A stretch of 63,654 bases of DNA, counting the filler, from Reticulomyxa filosa (taxonomy: Eukaryota > Protista > Foraminifera): NCBI GenBank assembly GCA_000512085.1. It is 19 parts of 19 records of this genome, joined end to end, with 100 filler letters (N's around TTAATTAATTAA, not from the genome) between each part and the next. Parts side by side here need not be neighbours in the genome. Positions count along the whole stretch, not along the records: positions 35,361 to 38,730 come from ASPP01004274.1; positions 38,831 to 46,726 come from ASPP01023956.1; positions 46,827 to 48,594 come from ASPP01044598.1; positions 48,695 to 50,775 come from ASPP01002452.1; 15 more parts are not named here. One strand, given 5' to 3'. Both the position numbers and the translations under genes were made by a program. Below the pieces are notes generated by a model that saw only the letters and a program-made list of their open reading frames with translations, ran no database searches and was not told the DNA's origin. The stretch's first letter is position 1. Every line of letters starts with the position of its first letter. This document shows positions 36,783 through 49,499 of the stretch, one piece after another.

Positions 36783-38547
36783 ATAGGCTAACTACCTGTT
36801 TACTGCTGTAAAATTGTTAAATGGCAAGAGTAGTGTTTGTATTTTTATCAAATTGTTTAAATGAAATGAGAGAATTGTTAAATTATGTCTCTATTATTCA
36901 AAAATAAAAATAGAAAAATGTGACAATGTATTTTATTTGATAACTTCATCTTATATATTTATTCAAATTAACTGATACATTAACTTCAATCTATGACGAT
37001 ATATAAATACTTATGCAATGTTTGAGATTCCATTTGTAATACAAAATATTATCTTTTTCTTGAAAAATCCAAAACGAAAAAAGTAAAAAAAAAAGATAAA
37101 AAATGAAAAATTGGCTGGAAAAGGATTATTCATGGGAAAGAAAACAAAAAATAAATTTTTAAAAATTTAACAAATTAGCCAATCCAACAGCAGCACAGCA
37201 AAGTGTTAACATTTACACTGAAGCCAAAGTCAATGTCATTGGATGAGATTCCCTCATGAGAGATTTGGACTATTTAATTCACCAGCTATCTTGTTATTTA
37301 TATGAATGTCCATATATAATTAAAGGCTAATCGAAGATGCAATCATAATTAATATTTTATCTGTTGTTGTGCGTTGTGCATAGTACAGTAAGCTAATTGA
37401 TCTTCGTACGAACCCACTTCCACAAAACTTGTCGGCACAAACTCGGTATCAATCTCTTCGTGTCTTCAGCATTCCACAACATCTGTGGAACCATCAATTT
37501 TTTTTTATCAAAGTTTTATAGTTTTTCCTTAGACTTAAAGGTTTTTTGAGTTTTGGGTTTGTTTATTTTTTTTTAATTTGTAAAAAAAAAAATGAAATGT
37601 TGCAATTTTGTTAACAATAATTTAATAAAAGCATTTTTTTGAGTTATGATAAATCAACTGAATAAATATGTCATTGTCATTGGATACTTGTGTCATACAA
37701 TATTTATTCATTACAAACCAATTGATTACAGTTGAATTAATTTTTTTCTGAAACTTTTGAAATTATCATTTCATTCAATGTTCCTGATAAACTTTACTTA
37801 AAAAAGAAAAAAAATTTTCACATTGACTGATTTATGATTAAATAATATGTAATTTTATCATAGTTGAGTCAAATTATTTTTAAAAAAATTGTTGTATTTC
37901 ATCATAAGAATGTGTCCTTATCAAATATTTTTTGTTTCATCCAAACGAGTTTAAGAGAAAAAAAAAAATTGACAAATTTCATTTAAATTAGATTTTTTAT
38001 TCACTAAATATCTTTTTTTTCATTTGTTTACTTAATAAAGAAAAAATTACTTGTCGTAGTAGTGAATTGACAAAATGCACTGAGATTGATTCTTAAAAAT
38101 TCATAAAGTAATCTGCAAACATTCAAAAACTTTTGGTTATAAAAAATTTTTGTTTACTTTATTTTATAACGATACAAATTTAAAACAATAATATTAATTT
38201 GATAAAATTATAATGAACATTATCAAAGAAGGCTTGTCAAATTTGTTGATTTAATAAATAATAATTTGATAATTTTTATGTTGAATATTGGATTATTATT
38301 TTTGATTATAAATATTATGGTTATTACATTTTATTTTTTTTGTCAAAACAAAACTTAATAATGTATCATAATAATAATAAAATCAACTTTCAACTGTTAT
38401 ATTTTGTAATCTTGTATTTCAATATAAAATGACAATTATCTTCATTTTATTCAAAATATTAAACTTTTGTTTAACTAAAAATGAATTAAAAAAAAACAAA
38501 CATAAAGTTCAATTCTTTTAAAAAAAAAAAAAAATAAACTTACAACA

Positions 38548-38730
38548 ATGATGATTAAAACTCTAAGAAGAATTACTCTTAGAAAAGGAGTAGTAAACAA
38601 GAAACCAATCTGGAACCCCCTTCCCTCTACTCTCATTACACGACCAGTTCAATCCAAAGCTTATCAAGCTGCGTTGGATGAACAGCATCAAAATATTCAA
38701 TACAAAAAAAAGCAAAAGGGACAACAAGGT
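38548..38730 (+). CDS. Hypothetical protein 5' end (basic, transit-peptide-like)
   Basis: ATG after an A-rich leader; MMIKTLRRITLRKG..., acid-poor; truncated. Confidence 0.35.
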
Positions 38731-38830
38731 NNNNNNNNNNNNNNNNNNNNNNNNNNNNNNNNNNNNNNNNNNNNTTAATTAATTAANNNNNNNNNNNNNN
38801 NNNNNNNNNNNNNNNNNNNNNNNNNNNNNN

Positions 38831-39830
38831 ATCATCCATTTCCAATATCTCGTAGTACTTTTCGTCGATCCAATCGTATTCCTTTTCTTCGTCTTCATCT
38901 TCTGATGATAATGGTGCTACTGCTACTGCTACTGCTGCTGCTGCTGCTGCTGGCACTGATGCTGGTACTGTTGCTAGCTTATGATTCGATCGATGAATGT
39001 GTTCATTTTCATATCCCACTTTCATTGGCTTTGACGTGCTTTTGCTACTCTCTTGCGATTGCAAAATTGCGTATTGTGTTGAGTCGAATAATACCATTGT
39101 GTCTACCATGTCCCCTCGTGTCTTACTTTTTAGATACTCATATTGCTTCAACAAATCAAATTCGAAAGTCTCTTTGGACAGCTGTGCTTCTGTTCCTATA
39201 CTGCGACAAAGTGCATCCACGTTTTGTATGTGCAATATTATTCCTTTCATCGCATTTACCCTGTTCACAGTCACAACACTTTCTGTTTATTTTATGTGCA
39301 CAATTCCAGGCAGAAAACCACTATTATACGCCACTTACGAGTTCTCAGTTGGTAAATTCAAGCCCTCTTTTAGTTCACAAGAAAAAACGAAACGATAGGT
39401 AGTTATTAGACATACAAAAAAAACTTTTTAACCGTCCTTTTTTCTCTGTGCTGGTTTTGAAGAAGAAGCTTTAAAACGTCTTTAAACAGTTTCAAAACGT
39501 AAAGTATTTTATCATCCAAAAGGAAATGTAGCAACTATTTTTTTAAGGAATAAAAGAATAATTATTTTTTTATGCGATGATCATACCACAGGAAACGTAA
39601 CCGAAGACTATTCTCTTGTTAATTTTTTGCCCTCTTTGTCCTCTTTATCATTGATGGCATTCGCAAAATCTGATTGCAAATGTAAGAAAAGGTATATTAC
39701 AAGCAAATGGAGATTTTCGGAAGAGCTAAGTAAAGATTTATGAAAATCTGAATCAGTCCAATCTTTGCTGAAGAGTTCATTATGTAAGACAAAAAAAAGA
39801 TACATCTGACGCATGAGAAAACACCAAGCA
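38831..39830 (-). CDS. Hypothetical protein, possibly leading into a J domain
   Basis: Coding-like exons ending at the contig edge with DEKYYEILEMDD, like a J-domain helix I. The HPD motif is not visible. Confidence 0.4.
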
Positions 39831-40116
39831 AAACCAGAGCATATGATAATCATTTTTGTCTTTTTTTTCCCTTCTTTCCTTCGTTCGCCTCCAAAAAAAA
39901 AAAGCTGGCAAAATTTTGTCCTTTTGTTTTTTTCTCCCTCAATCACAGGAGGAGGGAAATTATGTACTTTGAACTAACTTTAAAAACAAAAATTAATATA
40001 TATATGTTTGTTAGTCGTATAAAAAAGGGGAAGAACGCCCTCCCCCCTCAAAAAAAAAAAAAACGTGCAGCATTTATTGAAGTGCATGATATATAAAAAA
40101 AAAAAAGTGAGAGGGA

Positions 40117-40951
40117 CTAGGCGTTGGATGGAGGACATTCCCAAGTTTGGTTATTAGGATGTCTGATGGTGACTTGCAATTTTGAGCAAGGATTGCAAAT
40201 AGGAAGGATCTTTGACGGGAGATGTTGGAATCCCAATTTGCAGGCACTTTCCATTTCGATAAATCCAACATTTTCGATTGTTGTGATCTCTGATATCAAA
40301 CAGAAAGCCCAAGCGATCACCCGACGTCCACCCCTCCTTCATTGGAGTCAATTCAGGCCCAATCGCACTGATTCCATTATTTCCGTGTACCTTTTTCTTA
40401 GGGAAATATAATTCTGTTGTTTGCCTTGCCTCACTTATTAATACTAATATTGCGTTATAATGAAACAACCTTTTCAATTTCAACCAAACAAACAACTGAA
40501 TTAAAAAAAAATAAATAATAAAAAATAGAGCCACACACCATACGTTGTCGTTATGAGGAATGACTGTATTTGTATCAGCGAATCCAAAGTAATGATTCGG
40601 CTTCCATGAATCGCTGTAATAGATGTCGTCCAATATGATCTCATAACTTGGCCAGGTTCTTATGTCGGATGTCGTCGCTAGCGTCAGATCCAAAAACGCA
40701 TCCGCGCGCACAAATGCGTAGCCTTTGTAATGACTTATAAATGTCCTATTTTCATTCGAGAATGAAAAGCACCCTCTTTTTGTGCTCCATCTCAAATCGT
40801 GCTGAAGGAACTGGAGTATCAGCCCGTTAAAATCGTTTATCCAACCAAAACCTACATCCATCATGCGTAACCAATTCAGTAGGACGCTATCTATTTGTTC
40901 GTGCAAAGCTTTTTCCAATAATGGCGTTATTATTCCCATGGAATACTTCAA
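40117..40951 (-). CDS. SPRY/B30.2-like protein with N-terminal WxR-GWIxDF module (one frameshift)
   Basis: NHYFGF, GWTSGDRLGFLFD...CWIYRNGKCLQIG; removing one base at 40232-34 continues FQHLPSKILPIC (SPRY-like NGK.LG.AF..LP..L.P). Start uncertain. Confidence 0.65.
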
Positions 40952-41564
40952 AATTTGCAGAAAAAGTCTAGATTTGTGTTCACAAAAAAAAAAACTCTTA
41001 TGCTTTGGAACGTATTTTTCTAAAATTTTCAGGTTTTTCTCGACAATCTAACATAATTTTGTTGTGGATGCTCTTGCCATGGACCTGCAAAAATTTAAGC
41101 AAATTTTTTAAAGTTTACCAAGGAAAAATATTTTTATGTTTCTAAGATTTGATCAAAATGAAATTGTCACTTATCGTTAATTCACATGTCCTTTTTTTTT
41201 GTGAGAAAGGCTCAGCCGTCATTATTCTGAAAATTTTTCGTGTCATAAAATGTATGAAATTGAACACACAACAATAGAAGAAAAAATAGTAACACTGTAA
41301 ATATATTAAATAAACCATTTTATCCTATCTTTTCAAGCATGATTTCCAAATACTTTTTGCTAGTGCAAAATGTCTCATTTTCTGAAATACAAATCTGGTT
41401 CACATATTTTCGAATAAATTGTGAAACATCTAACATTTTGTGATGCATATTCTTTTTAACAATAAATAATGCAACCGAAGACTTAGAAAGTGAGTATGTG
41501 CTCGATTTGAAATATTTGTTTTTTTTTGTTATTTGCCAAGTTTATTGGAAAAAAATGTTTAGTA

Positions 41565-42450
41565 TCATTTGATAAGAACCAGCTGATTTTCCAGTGATCT
41601 TGCCTCTTTTTGTTTCTTTTGTTTTTCTTCCGCAATTGTTTTCAAAATTGGAAGTCGTTGACGCATTCTTCCATCTTTGATGTAATAGTATAATTGTTGG
41701 TTTTCAAAAACTGGTCTCAAACTTTCCAGTTTTTGACTTTCTTCAGCTAGCTTGATCATTTCTTGGCCAAAAGTATCGATAATTAATTCAATTGGTCGAT
41801 GCTCCGAACCATGCATCAACTCAAATTGTTTTTTGCGTGTCTCATAAAGCTGTTTCGTCCTTGCCATTTCATTCACAGTTGGGTCATTTTTTATCCTTTT
41901 CTTTAATTGTCGATACGCCTTTTCGTAGATTTCCTCTGGTTCAAAAAATGGCCGCAAATAGGTCTCCTTCTCTTCTCCCAATGGCACCACGTGAATATAC
42001 CTAAAATCATCAACAAATCATACAATCAAAAAATAAAAAATAAGGAAATTATGTAAATATTATTTCTTTTTTTTTTTTTTTTTCAAACTTGCGTCTTTTG
42101 AGGGCATCGTATTGATACATGACGTGCCCTGTTTCCGCAGCATTTAAATGCCCTTTCTCTCCTCGGGTTACATTGAACCCAGGATGCCATTGCTTCTCTT
42201 TTTCAATCCACCAACGTTGTTTCACCAAAATACTGTTCCTTCTCACCAGTTGGTTGTTTATCACTTTTGGACTTCGTCTTTTACCTTTGCACCGGGCTTG
42301 GCCTTGTGACTTTGTTGTTCCTCCTACCATGACAGTCTTATTTCTTTGGGAAAGTGTCATGAGAGTATATGGAGAGTTATTAATTCCATTGTACGTGGAA
42401 TTGACATTGAGAACGCCAAGCTTATTGAAAAGTATTCTTTTTGCAAACAT
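41565..42450 (-). CDS. MRPL27: Mitochondrial ribosomal protein bL27m with C-terminal extension (2 exons)
   Basis: Transit-like N-terminus; GGTTKSQG...KGKRRSPKV...VRRNSILVKQR...WHPGFNVTRG...LNAAETGHVMY matches the L27 fold; spliced to YIHVVP. Confidence 0.75.
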
Positions 42451-42794
42451 TTTAATGTGCTTTTTTCCCCCACTTTCACCTCTTTGAAAAATTTGCTTTT
42501 TCTACACGATCAGCAAAGATTAAGTTTTCTCAATTCTTAAGTGTGAAATACCAACAAGCAACCGAAAATGTTAATAAAGCAAATACATTTGAACAAGGCT
42601 TAAAAGAAAATCAACAAGCTGTGAGAAATCCTCTATTTCTTATTTGATAGCATTAAAACATGATTAAAATTGGAGAAAAGGTTTATCGGCAACTTTTTGA
42701 AACGTAATTGTAAACTACTTATCGATAACATAACTAAAAAAACTTAGAAAGGGAAATACGATTTTCAAAGTATTGTAGAACATGACAGAACAAT

Positions 42795-43666
42795 TTACAT
42801 GTTAAACTTTGCTCTTATTGCTTTCTTTTTTGCGTCAAGTCGTTCTTCACGGAACTGCCTTTCCATACTTTCCTTGGCGTGGAGTGATAAGTCATTTTCA
42901 TCAATATGGTCATATTTTCGTTCATCCTCTGTATCTTCCCATTTGCGATACAATAGAGAAAGTGAACAGCAAATGACCTTTGAAAGTTTTATTTAAAATT
43001 TTTTTTTTTACTTTCTTTCAGTAAGGGCAGGGGTTATTAAATATTTTCTAAAAAAACAGAACTTCTACAACGATCAAACCAATCAGCAAATATTGCACCC
43101 ATTCTTTATGATCGGTGGCCCAATTTTTTGCCTAGTGGTGAACACGTACACGCAAAAAAAATTCTCTCTTTTTTTGTTGTCCCCTTTTCGGAGAACAGTT
43201 TTCAGAGTTTTTCAAGGATCAAAAAGAAAAGAAGAGCTCAACATACACTGGTGCCAATATTGCCCAATAAACTATTATAGTCGGTGAAACTTATTATCAG
43301 GAGTGCCAAATTCCCCAAAAATAAAATGCTCATACATAAACTGTATGTTGAGAGCAAACAATTGCTGCGCTTTCGTACAGCAAGCACTCCAATCAATGCA
43401 GCTGTTTTTGTTCATTTGAATAAAAATGAATTTGTTTTACGTTTCCATAGAGTACAATATTTATTTATTTTTGTCGGTTTCAAAAAAAAAAGCTAACAGA
43501 TGAAAACAAACGCTCCAACGCCAATGACTAGCTCAGATAACAGCGAGCCGTGTTTGTATTGCATGTAAGCACCGTAACCAAGCAATGCCAATCCAATTGC
43601 AGCGTGGAGGGCATTGAAGAGATGCAAAAATAGACTGAAACTATCTTTAGCTAGGCCGGCACACAT
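42795..43666 (-). CDS. Tetraspanin-like 4TM protein (4 exons; not in ORF track)
   Basis: MCAGLAKDSFSLFLHLFNALHAAIGLALLGYGAY...VIGVGAFVFI | AALIGVLAVRKRSNCLLSTYSLCMSILFLGNLALLII... | ...WVQYLLIGLIVVE | VICCSLSLLY...KKKAIRAKFNM*. Confidence 0.8.
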
Positions 43667-43951
43667 TTTTTATCTGATAATGTATCGATTGATATCTGAT
43701 TTCTTAACAAAAAGATCCTTTGGACAATCCCCGACGTCACTGTAAGAACAGTACGAAGGCAGTCGACTGGAAACAAAATAAATTTTGCCAAAAAAGCTTT
43801 TCAAGATTCGTTAATAGTGAAAGCTAGAGACTTGTTTCCAAAAGACTTTGTCAAGTATAAATGCGTAAAAAAATTCATTAATTTAAAAGTATCAATTAAA
43901 CATATAGATGAGAATTTAGACAAGGTAATATTTTTCAAAGGAAGATACTCT

Positions 43952-44901
43952 CTATGACGTTTGCAGGATGTGATCTTGAGGACCAACTCTTCCAACTTGC
44001 CAACTTCTTCCTAAATTCCAAAATTCAACAACTAAAACTTTTCTGGTGCCTCGGATCACAGGTAAAACTTGGTGGGCTGTGTTTGCGTTCCAAATAAGTA
44101 CGTCCCCCTCCTCAAATTTAGCTCTTTCCACAACACTATCTTTTTCACTAGTACGAAATTCTAATTCTCCTCCAATGAATTCGCGTGGATTGTTAACCAA
44201 AATGGCAATAGTTACATTAGAGTCACTGTCAATGTGCCACCCAATGTGGCCTCTTTTTTCATAAGATAGCAACTCAATCTATAAAAATAAAAGTCATAAA
44301 ATTGTTTAAAACAAATTGCTGTTCTTAAAACAGTATTGTCCCTTTGCCAGTCTTTTATTTCCTGGTCAAAGTTTGTCACTTTGTCGGTTGGCAAAATCTC
44401 CTTTTTAAAAAGATAACCAAAGGTTTTTTAAAACAACTCACTAACCACGCGAGTTGCCATTGGATTGTTCAAAATAAATTGGGCCAGTTTGTCCCATTTG
44501 ATGTATTTTTTTTTAGAAGCGGATGTTGACAATCCTCTCTTTGACTGGAAAGTAGAAAACGCGTTGCCCAGCAAATAGTGAAAATAATTATGCACACGAT
44601 CGTCCACGCAATCGTTAAGAAATGTGACGTCGTGACCTGACGAATTTTTGTAACCACTGGCGCCAAAGCTTCGGTGTTCGGAGTGTGTTCTGTCTGTACA
44701 TTTTGCGGCGTTCGAAGTAATTTGATGAAGAAAATTTTGACTGTTGATATTCTTAATGTGAATATAATTCGAAAAAATCCTCATTTGAGACCAATCAAAA
44801 TTATTGTTGTAGAACGACGAATAGTTATATGCTTTCATTTGTTTCGCATTATGCAAAGCAAACGAAGCTGTCAAGTATAAAACACTCAGTAAAAATTTCA
44901 T
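43952..44901 (-). CDS. Secreted 2OG-Fe(II) oxygenase (prolyl-hydroxylase-like, 2 exons)
   Basis: Signal peptide; spliced ATRV|IELLSY...GWHIDSDS...FIGGELEF...GDVLIW...AHQVLPVIRGTRKVLVVEFW (HxD...H...R). Confidence 0.85.
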
Positions 44902-45589
44902 TTTTTTTATTTAAAAGACTGAAAAACAAATTTAAGTGATGCGTGAAACGTCAACATTAGATCATATTGCTTTACATTATGAAATTTAAAGAAATATTCT
45001 ACTTTCACAAAAGGGGAAAGCACAACAGGGAAAACTAGGTAATAATTAATCTAAGAAAAAAGAACATATGTTTAAAGCCATTTACTGTTGTGAGCAGATT
45101 TTTAAAACGGGTTGTTTTTTTGTTACAAAATGTTTCATAAGTCTAGTTTGAAGTCTAGCACGTTTTAGTACTGACCGAGAGTTGCGCAAATGCGCGTCTT
45201 CAAACATAAAATTTAATTGGATACTTATTTTCTTTTATCTCTCAATTTATTGAATTTTTTTATTTAATACAAAATGAACCAATTAAACATCTTCGAAAGA
45301 TTGAGTTGATACGAGTCTCAAAGGGAGAATACTCATTTTTTAATTTTGTTGGCGAAAGATGCCTTAAGATGTTTTCTTTTTAAAGCAAGCATAGCCACTA
45401 ATGCATTTAAGCATATCTCTTGAGCTAAAGCTTTGCGTGTTTCCGTTTTGGTTTTTGTTTGAAGTGATAAAATATCCTATTTTTAAGTTTCATCGAATTG
45501 TATATAACTTACTTATAATAATTTTCTAACATTTATAACTGCATTTTTTTTTGCAAAACAAGTAAACGAATATTCCCTTTCAGATACAA

Positions 45590-46577
45590 CATATATTTAT
45601 TGAAGATGCAAATAGTTTGAAAGGACAAAAAAATATATATATGGAATACAAGACAGCACAGAGGAAAAAAACGTAACACGCTGTACGTAGCTCCGAGAAA
45701 GTTCGAAGTCAAAGGAAGGATTTGGAGTTTACCAGATGGTAAAAATCTTATATAATACCCATAATTATTTTGAATCGAATGCTGGTTGATGACGCTATAT
45801 TGTCCAATCCCTCACATGATGGAATCACCAAAGAAGGATGTCGAGCCCAAGCATGGGCGAAGAAAACTGCAATTTACTGCGGAGCTTTTACGCAGACGAA
45901 TGCTAGGCTGGGCTTTCAGCCAAACGAAAAGACCCTTTGACCCGAAAAAAGGTGAAGCGACTAGGTAAGGGATTCCACCAAGTGGAACCAATCTTTTTCC
46001 GTGTATAAAAAAAAAAAGGCTTCTGTACGTGAAAGGGGAATAAGAACCAAAGGATCATCAAAAGATGACAGAAAAAAAAGAGGCAAGCCAAAAAAAAAAA
46101 AAACAAAGAGTGATCTGAATGCTTATATTTCAATTTTTTTTTTTTTTGTTAAAAAAAATGAAACATATAGGTGGAGAGCATAGCAAAGAGAAATTATATC
46201 GATACAACTATTTGTGTCCACGTTGCCACGTGATGGAACTGATCAAAGGCGACAGGTTTCCAACGGAAGGATGTATGCCTCTTTGCATCGACAATTGCGA
46301 CAACTGCCCTCTGAAGAAAAAATTGTTCGAGCCAGAGGAAGATTGGTGGCACATTGCACATCACAACATGACCGACGTGAGTGGCAAGTTGGACAAGTTT
46401 GTGAGCGTGTACGTGAAGCGTGACAAAATGGCCGTCATTGAGAACACCATTTTGTTTTTGAAAGTGGACGTCACAACGATCCGTCAAGGTAAGCTCGAGG
46501 TTTTGTGTAATGCAAAGTGGACTATCAAAGTATTGAAGCGGTTATGGTTTGAAAAGATCAGGACCTCAACAGTTTAA
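45590..46577 (+). CDS. Hypothetical Cys/His-rich protein (partial)
   Basis: Several coding-like exons with CPRC, CIDNCDNC, WWHIAHH, ending in ubiquitin-like LEVLCNAKWTIKVLK. Confidence 0.5.
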
Positions 46578-47865
46578 CTTTTGTATATAAATAAATAAAT
46601 AGAAATATAAATAAATATAAATAAATATATATAATGTATATAATATATGTATATATAGTATATAAATACATATTTGTTATTATTATTATTATTTTTTTTT
46701 TTTTTTTTTTCAAACTCTTTGTCTCANNNNNNNNNNNNNNNNNNNNNNNNNNNNNNNNNNNNNNNNNNNNTTAATTAATTAANNNNNNNNNNNNNNNNNN
46801 NNNNNNNNNNNNNNNNNNNNNNNNNNAAAAAATTAAATTCAAAATGATATTTAAAAACTACACGATTCGTGGATATTTAAAAAAAAATTTTGATTAAATG
46901 TTGTTTTTTCATGGATAAACACAATCATCTATATAAGGTAGCATTTTAGGTGTCAACTTTCTTTTTTATCTTACTGTATTTTTCAATTGGAATAATTTTT
47001 TTTTTTCTTTATTTTGAAAAATGAATTAAATAATTGAAAAAAGAAACACTCATTGATAAATTGGTTTTGTATGCGGTCTATGATTAAAAACATTCAAAAA
47101 AAAAAGAAATACAAATTATTGGATAATTCAATTATGTTAAATTTTTTTCACCAAACTGATTACATTCTTCAATATTAACATTCAATTCCAATGATGTTTC
47201 TCTGAATTTCCGACTTGCAATACAGTAGAATGCAAAGAAAGTTGGCGTTTATGTTTTTTGGAAAGTTTTGTTAAACTTTTTGGGTTTTTATTAAAATTAA
47301 CACTTGAATAAAGTTTGGCTATGCAAACATAAGGGACAATATCGTCTTTAAGTATAAGCTAACATTCTTTGTTATTGCTTCAATTGCAGAAAGTTTTAAT
47401 TTTTTAAGTAAATATACACAAAACAAATTTTCGAAAATACTTTTTGGGCAAATTTATGATTACTGCAGACAAAATGAGATGAATAAACAAGAAATAATAA
47501 ATGAAACTGAAATGTTCAATTGGTGATATTTTCGTTTTAAAATTTGATATAATGAATTGTTGTTGATTTGATGATATTTGAAATTATTGGATATTATTTC
47601 ACAATATAATAAACAAAAAGAGATTGACTGTAGAAATCTAAAACTATTCAAGCATTTGAAATCTCTGCAAATTATATTTTGATCATTCATATTAATTGAG
47701 TGCTATTTATTCATCAAATCGTTTCAGTCAAATAATTTTTCATCTCTTTCATTTGAACGCATACAAAAAAAAATCAAACAACTATCTAAATTTGGTAAAC
47801 TTATTCATGTTTTTTTAATTCACACAAATTATGGTAATTCAAGACAAAACATCTTTCATTTATGT

Positions 47866-48594
47866 CTATCCCCAAACACGAATTGGACCTTTACCTGAAC
47901 CATAACATAAATGAATACCACAATCATCATTTGATTTTTGTCCATTGTTATCTCTTTTCTTTTTCAATGATACAAATTTAAGACAAAATATTCCTCTATC
48001 TTCTTTATCTCCTTTTATTACATATAATTTTTTCTTATTTGATCGAATATCCCAAAATCGAATTGTATTATCATCTGATCCAGAACATATCACATTTGAA
48101 TTACCACCACCAACATCACTGTTATTCTTTATTACAAATGGTGAATATTCAGCAGCATATACCCAATTTGAATGTCCATCGAACACTCGAATTTGTTGAT
48201 TAGATCGAATATCCCACAAACGAACACTTTCATCTGAAGATCCAGATAATATTGTATTTCCTAATTCATTTGATCCATATTTTACACTATTAGCTGAATA
48301 GTAATGTCCTCGGAAAACATTCAATTGTTTAGTTGTTTCAATATCCCATATTCGGATTGTCGTATCACTCAAACCAGAACAAATTGTATATCCATTACCA
48401 CCAATCACACCAATATCATTACTTTCATTACTGTAATTGTTATTGCTTTGTAATGGTGAAATATCAATACAGTAAAAAGCATGTTCATATCCTTTGAAAA
48501 CATCTAATGAATTGGATGTTTCAACATCCCATAAACGAATTGTTTTGTCATCAGATCCAGAACACAAATATCTACCACCATTAAATGGTGAAAA
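47866..48594 (-). CDS. WD40-repeat protein, expanded family (5' truncated)
   Basis: Repeats LCSGSDDKTIRLWD, ICSGLSDTTIRIWD, ILSGSSDESVRLWD, ICSGSDDNTIRFWD; ends GPIRVWG*. Confidence 0.95.
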   Translation of the reverse strand, partial: FSPFNGGRYLCSGSDDKTIRLWDVETSNSLDVFKGYEHAFYCIDISPLQSNNNYSNESNDIGVIGGNGYTICSGLSDTTIRIWDIETTKQLNVFRGHYYSANSVKYGSNELGNTILSGSSDESVRLWDIRSNQQIRVFDGHSNWVYAAEYSPFVIKNNSDVGGGNSNVICSGSDDNTIRFWDIRSNKKKLYVIKGDKEDRGIFCLKFVSLKKKRDNNGQKSNDDCGIHLCYGSGKGPIRVWG

Positions 48595-48716
48595 NNNNNN
48601 NNNNNNNNNNNNNNNNNNNNNNNNNNNNNNNNNNNNNNTTAATTAATTAANNNNNNNNNNNNNNNNNNNNNNNNNNNNNNNNNNNNNNNNNNNNTTTGTT
48701 TGTTTCGTTTTTTTTA

Positions 48717-49176
48717 TTAAAAAAACTGAACCGAGACACCAAAAGATGAGCCTATGGCCAAGATCGTAATGGTCGTTCCAGTCGGCGTTGATGATAAGAA
48801 TGATGTAAACGAGGAGCGAGACGACGAGGGCGTACAGCACGACAGAGGGCACCGATAGACGTTGGACTCTTGGAAGGAGTAGTAGAGACGAATGACGAAG
48901 ATGAAGTGCAGCGACAGCTTCCACACGTACCATGTGATGTAGTACATGAGACTGAGGTCATAGTAAAATGGCGGGATCGAGGCTGTGTAATCAAAGATCA
49001 GAAATAGCGACACAAACAACGACGTCACCAATGTCAGCACTTTCAACGGCAGTGCGATCGCCGCCGTTTTGTCGGCCTTGTCACGTCGCTGCTGTGACGA
49101 ACTACTGTTTGTGTACAGTGAACTCTTGGCACGAGAGATTTGTGTATGAGTTGTGGATTGCCGCCATTGTTTTACA

Positions 49177-49220
<44 letters not shown>

Positions 49221-49499
49221 GGTCGTCTTGTTATGACTATTGTTTGAAGATGCGTTTGTTCGGCTTGGCTCATTCCAATCGTCGTTCTGGTTCAATGACC
49301 AGTTCACATTCGGAAATCGCTTCTTCAATTTCTTCTCTAAGCAAAAGTGGTACACGTAGTTCAATAGCAATCCACACGATATTAGGAACAGTGAGATCGT
49401 CCATGCACAAAACACTTTTTGTGCTTTGGGGTCGTCATACAAACTCCATACACTTTCCTCCGTTGTTGTCCACGATTCTTCCAACGCCGTTGTTACCAT
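48717..49499 (-). CDS. Orphan multi-pass (7TM/GPCR-like) membrane protein, 5' part, one frameshift
   Basis: TM1, long poly-N loop, TM2, TM3 ending FVIRLYYSFQES; one added G at 48852-53 continues YRVPSVVLYALVVSLLVYIILII (TM4). Confidence 0.6.
49180..49220 (-). repeat. (AAT)n coding microsatellite (poly-Asn)
   Basis: (tta)n on the + strand. Confidence 0.9.
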
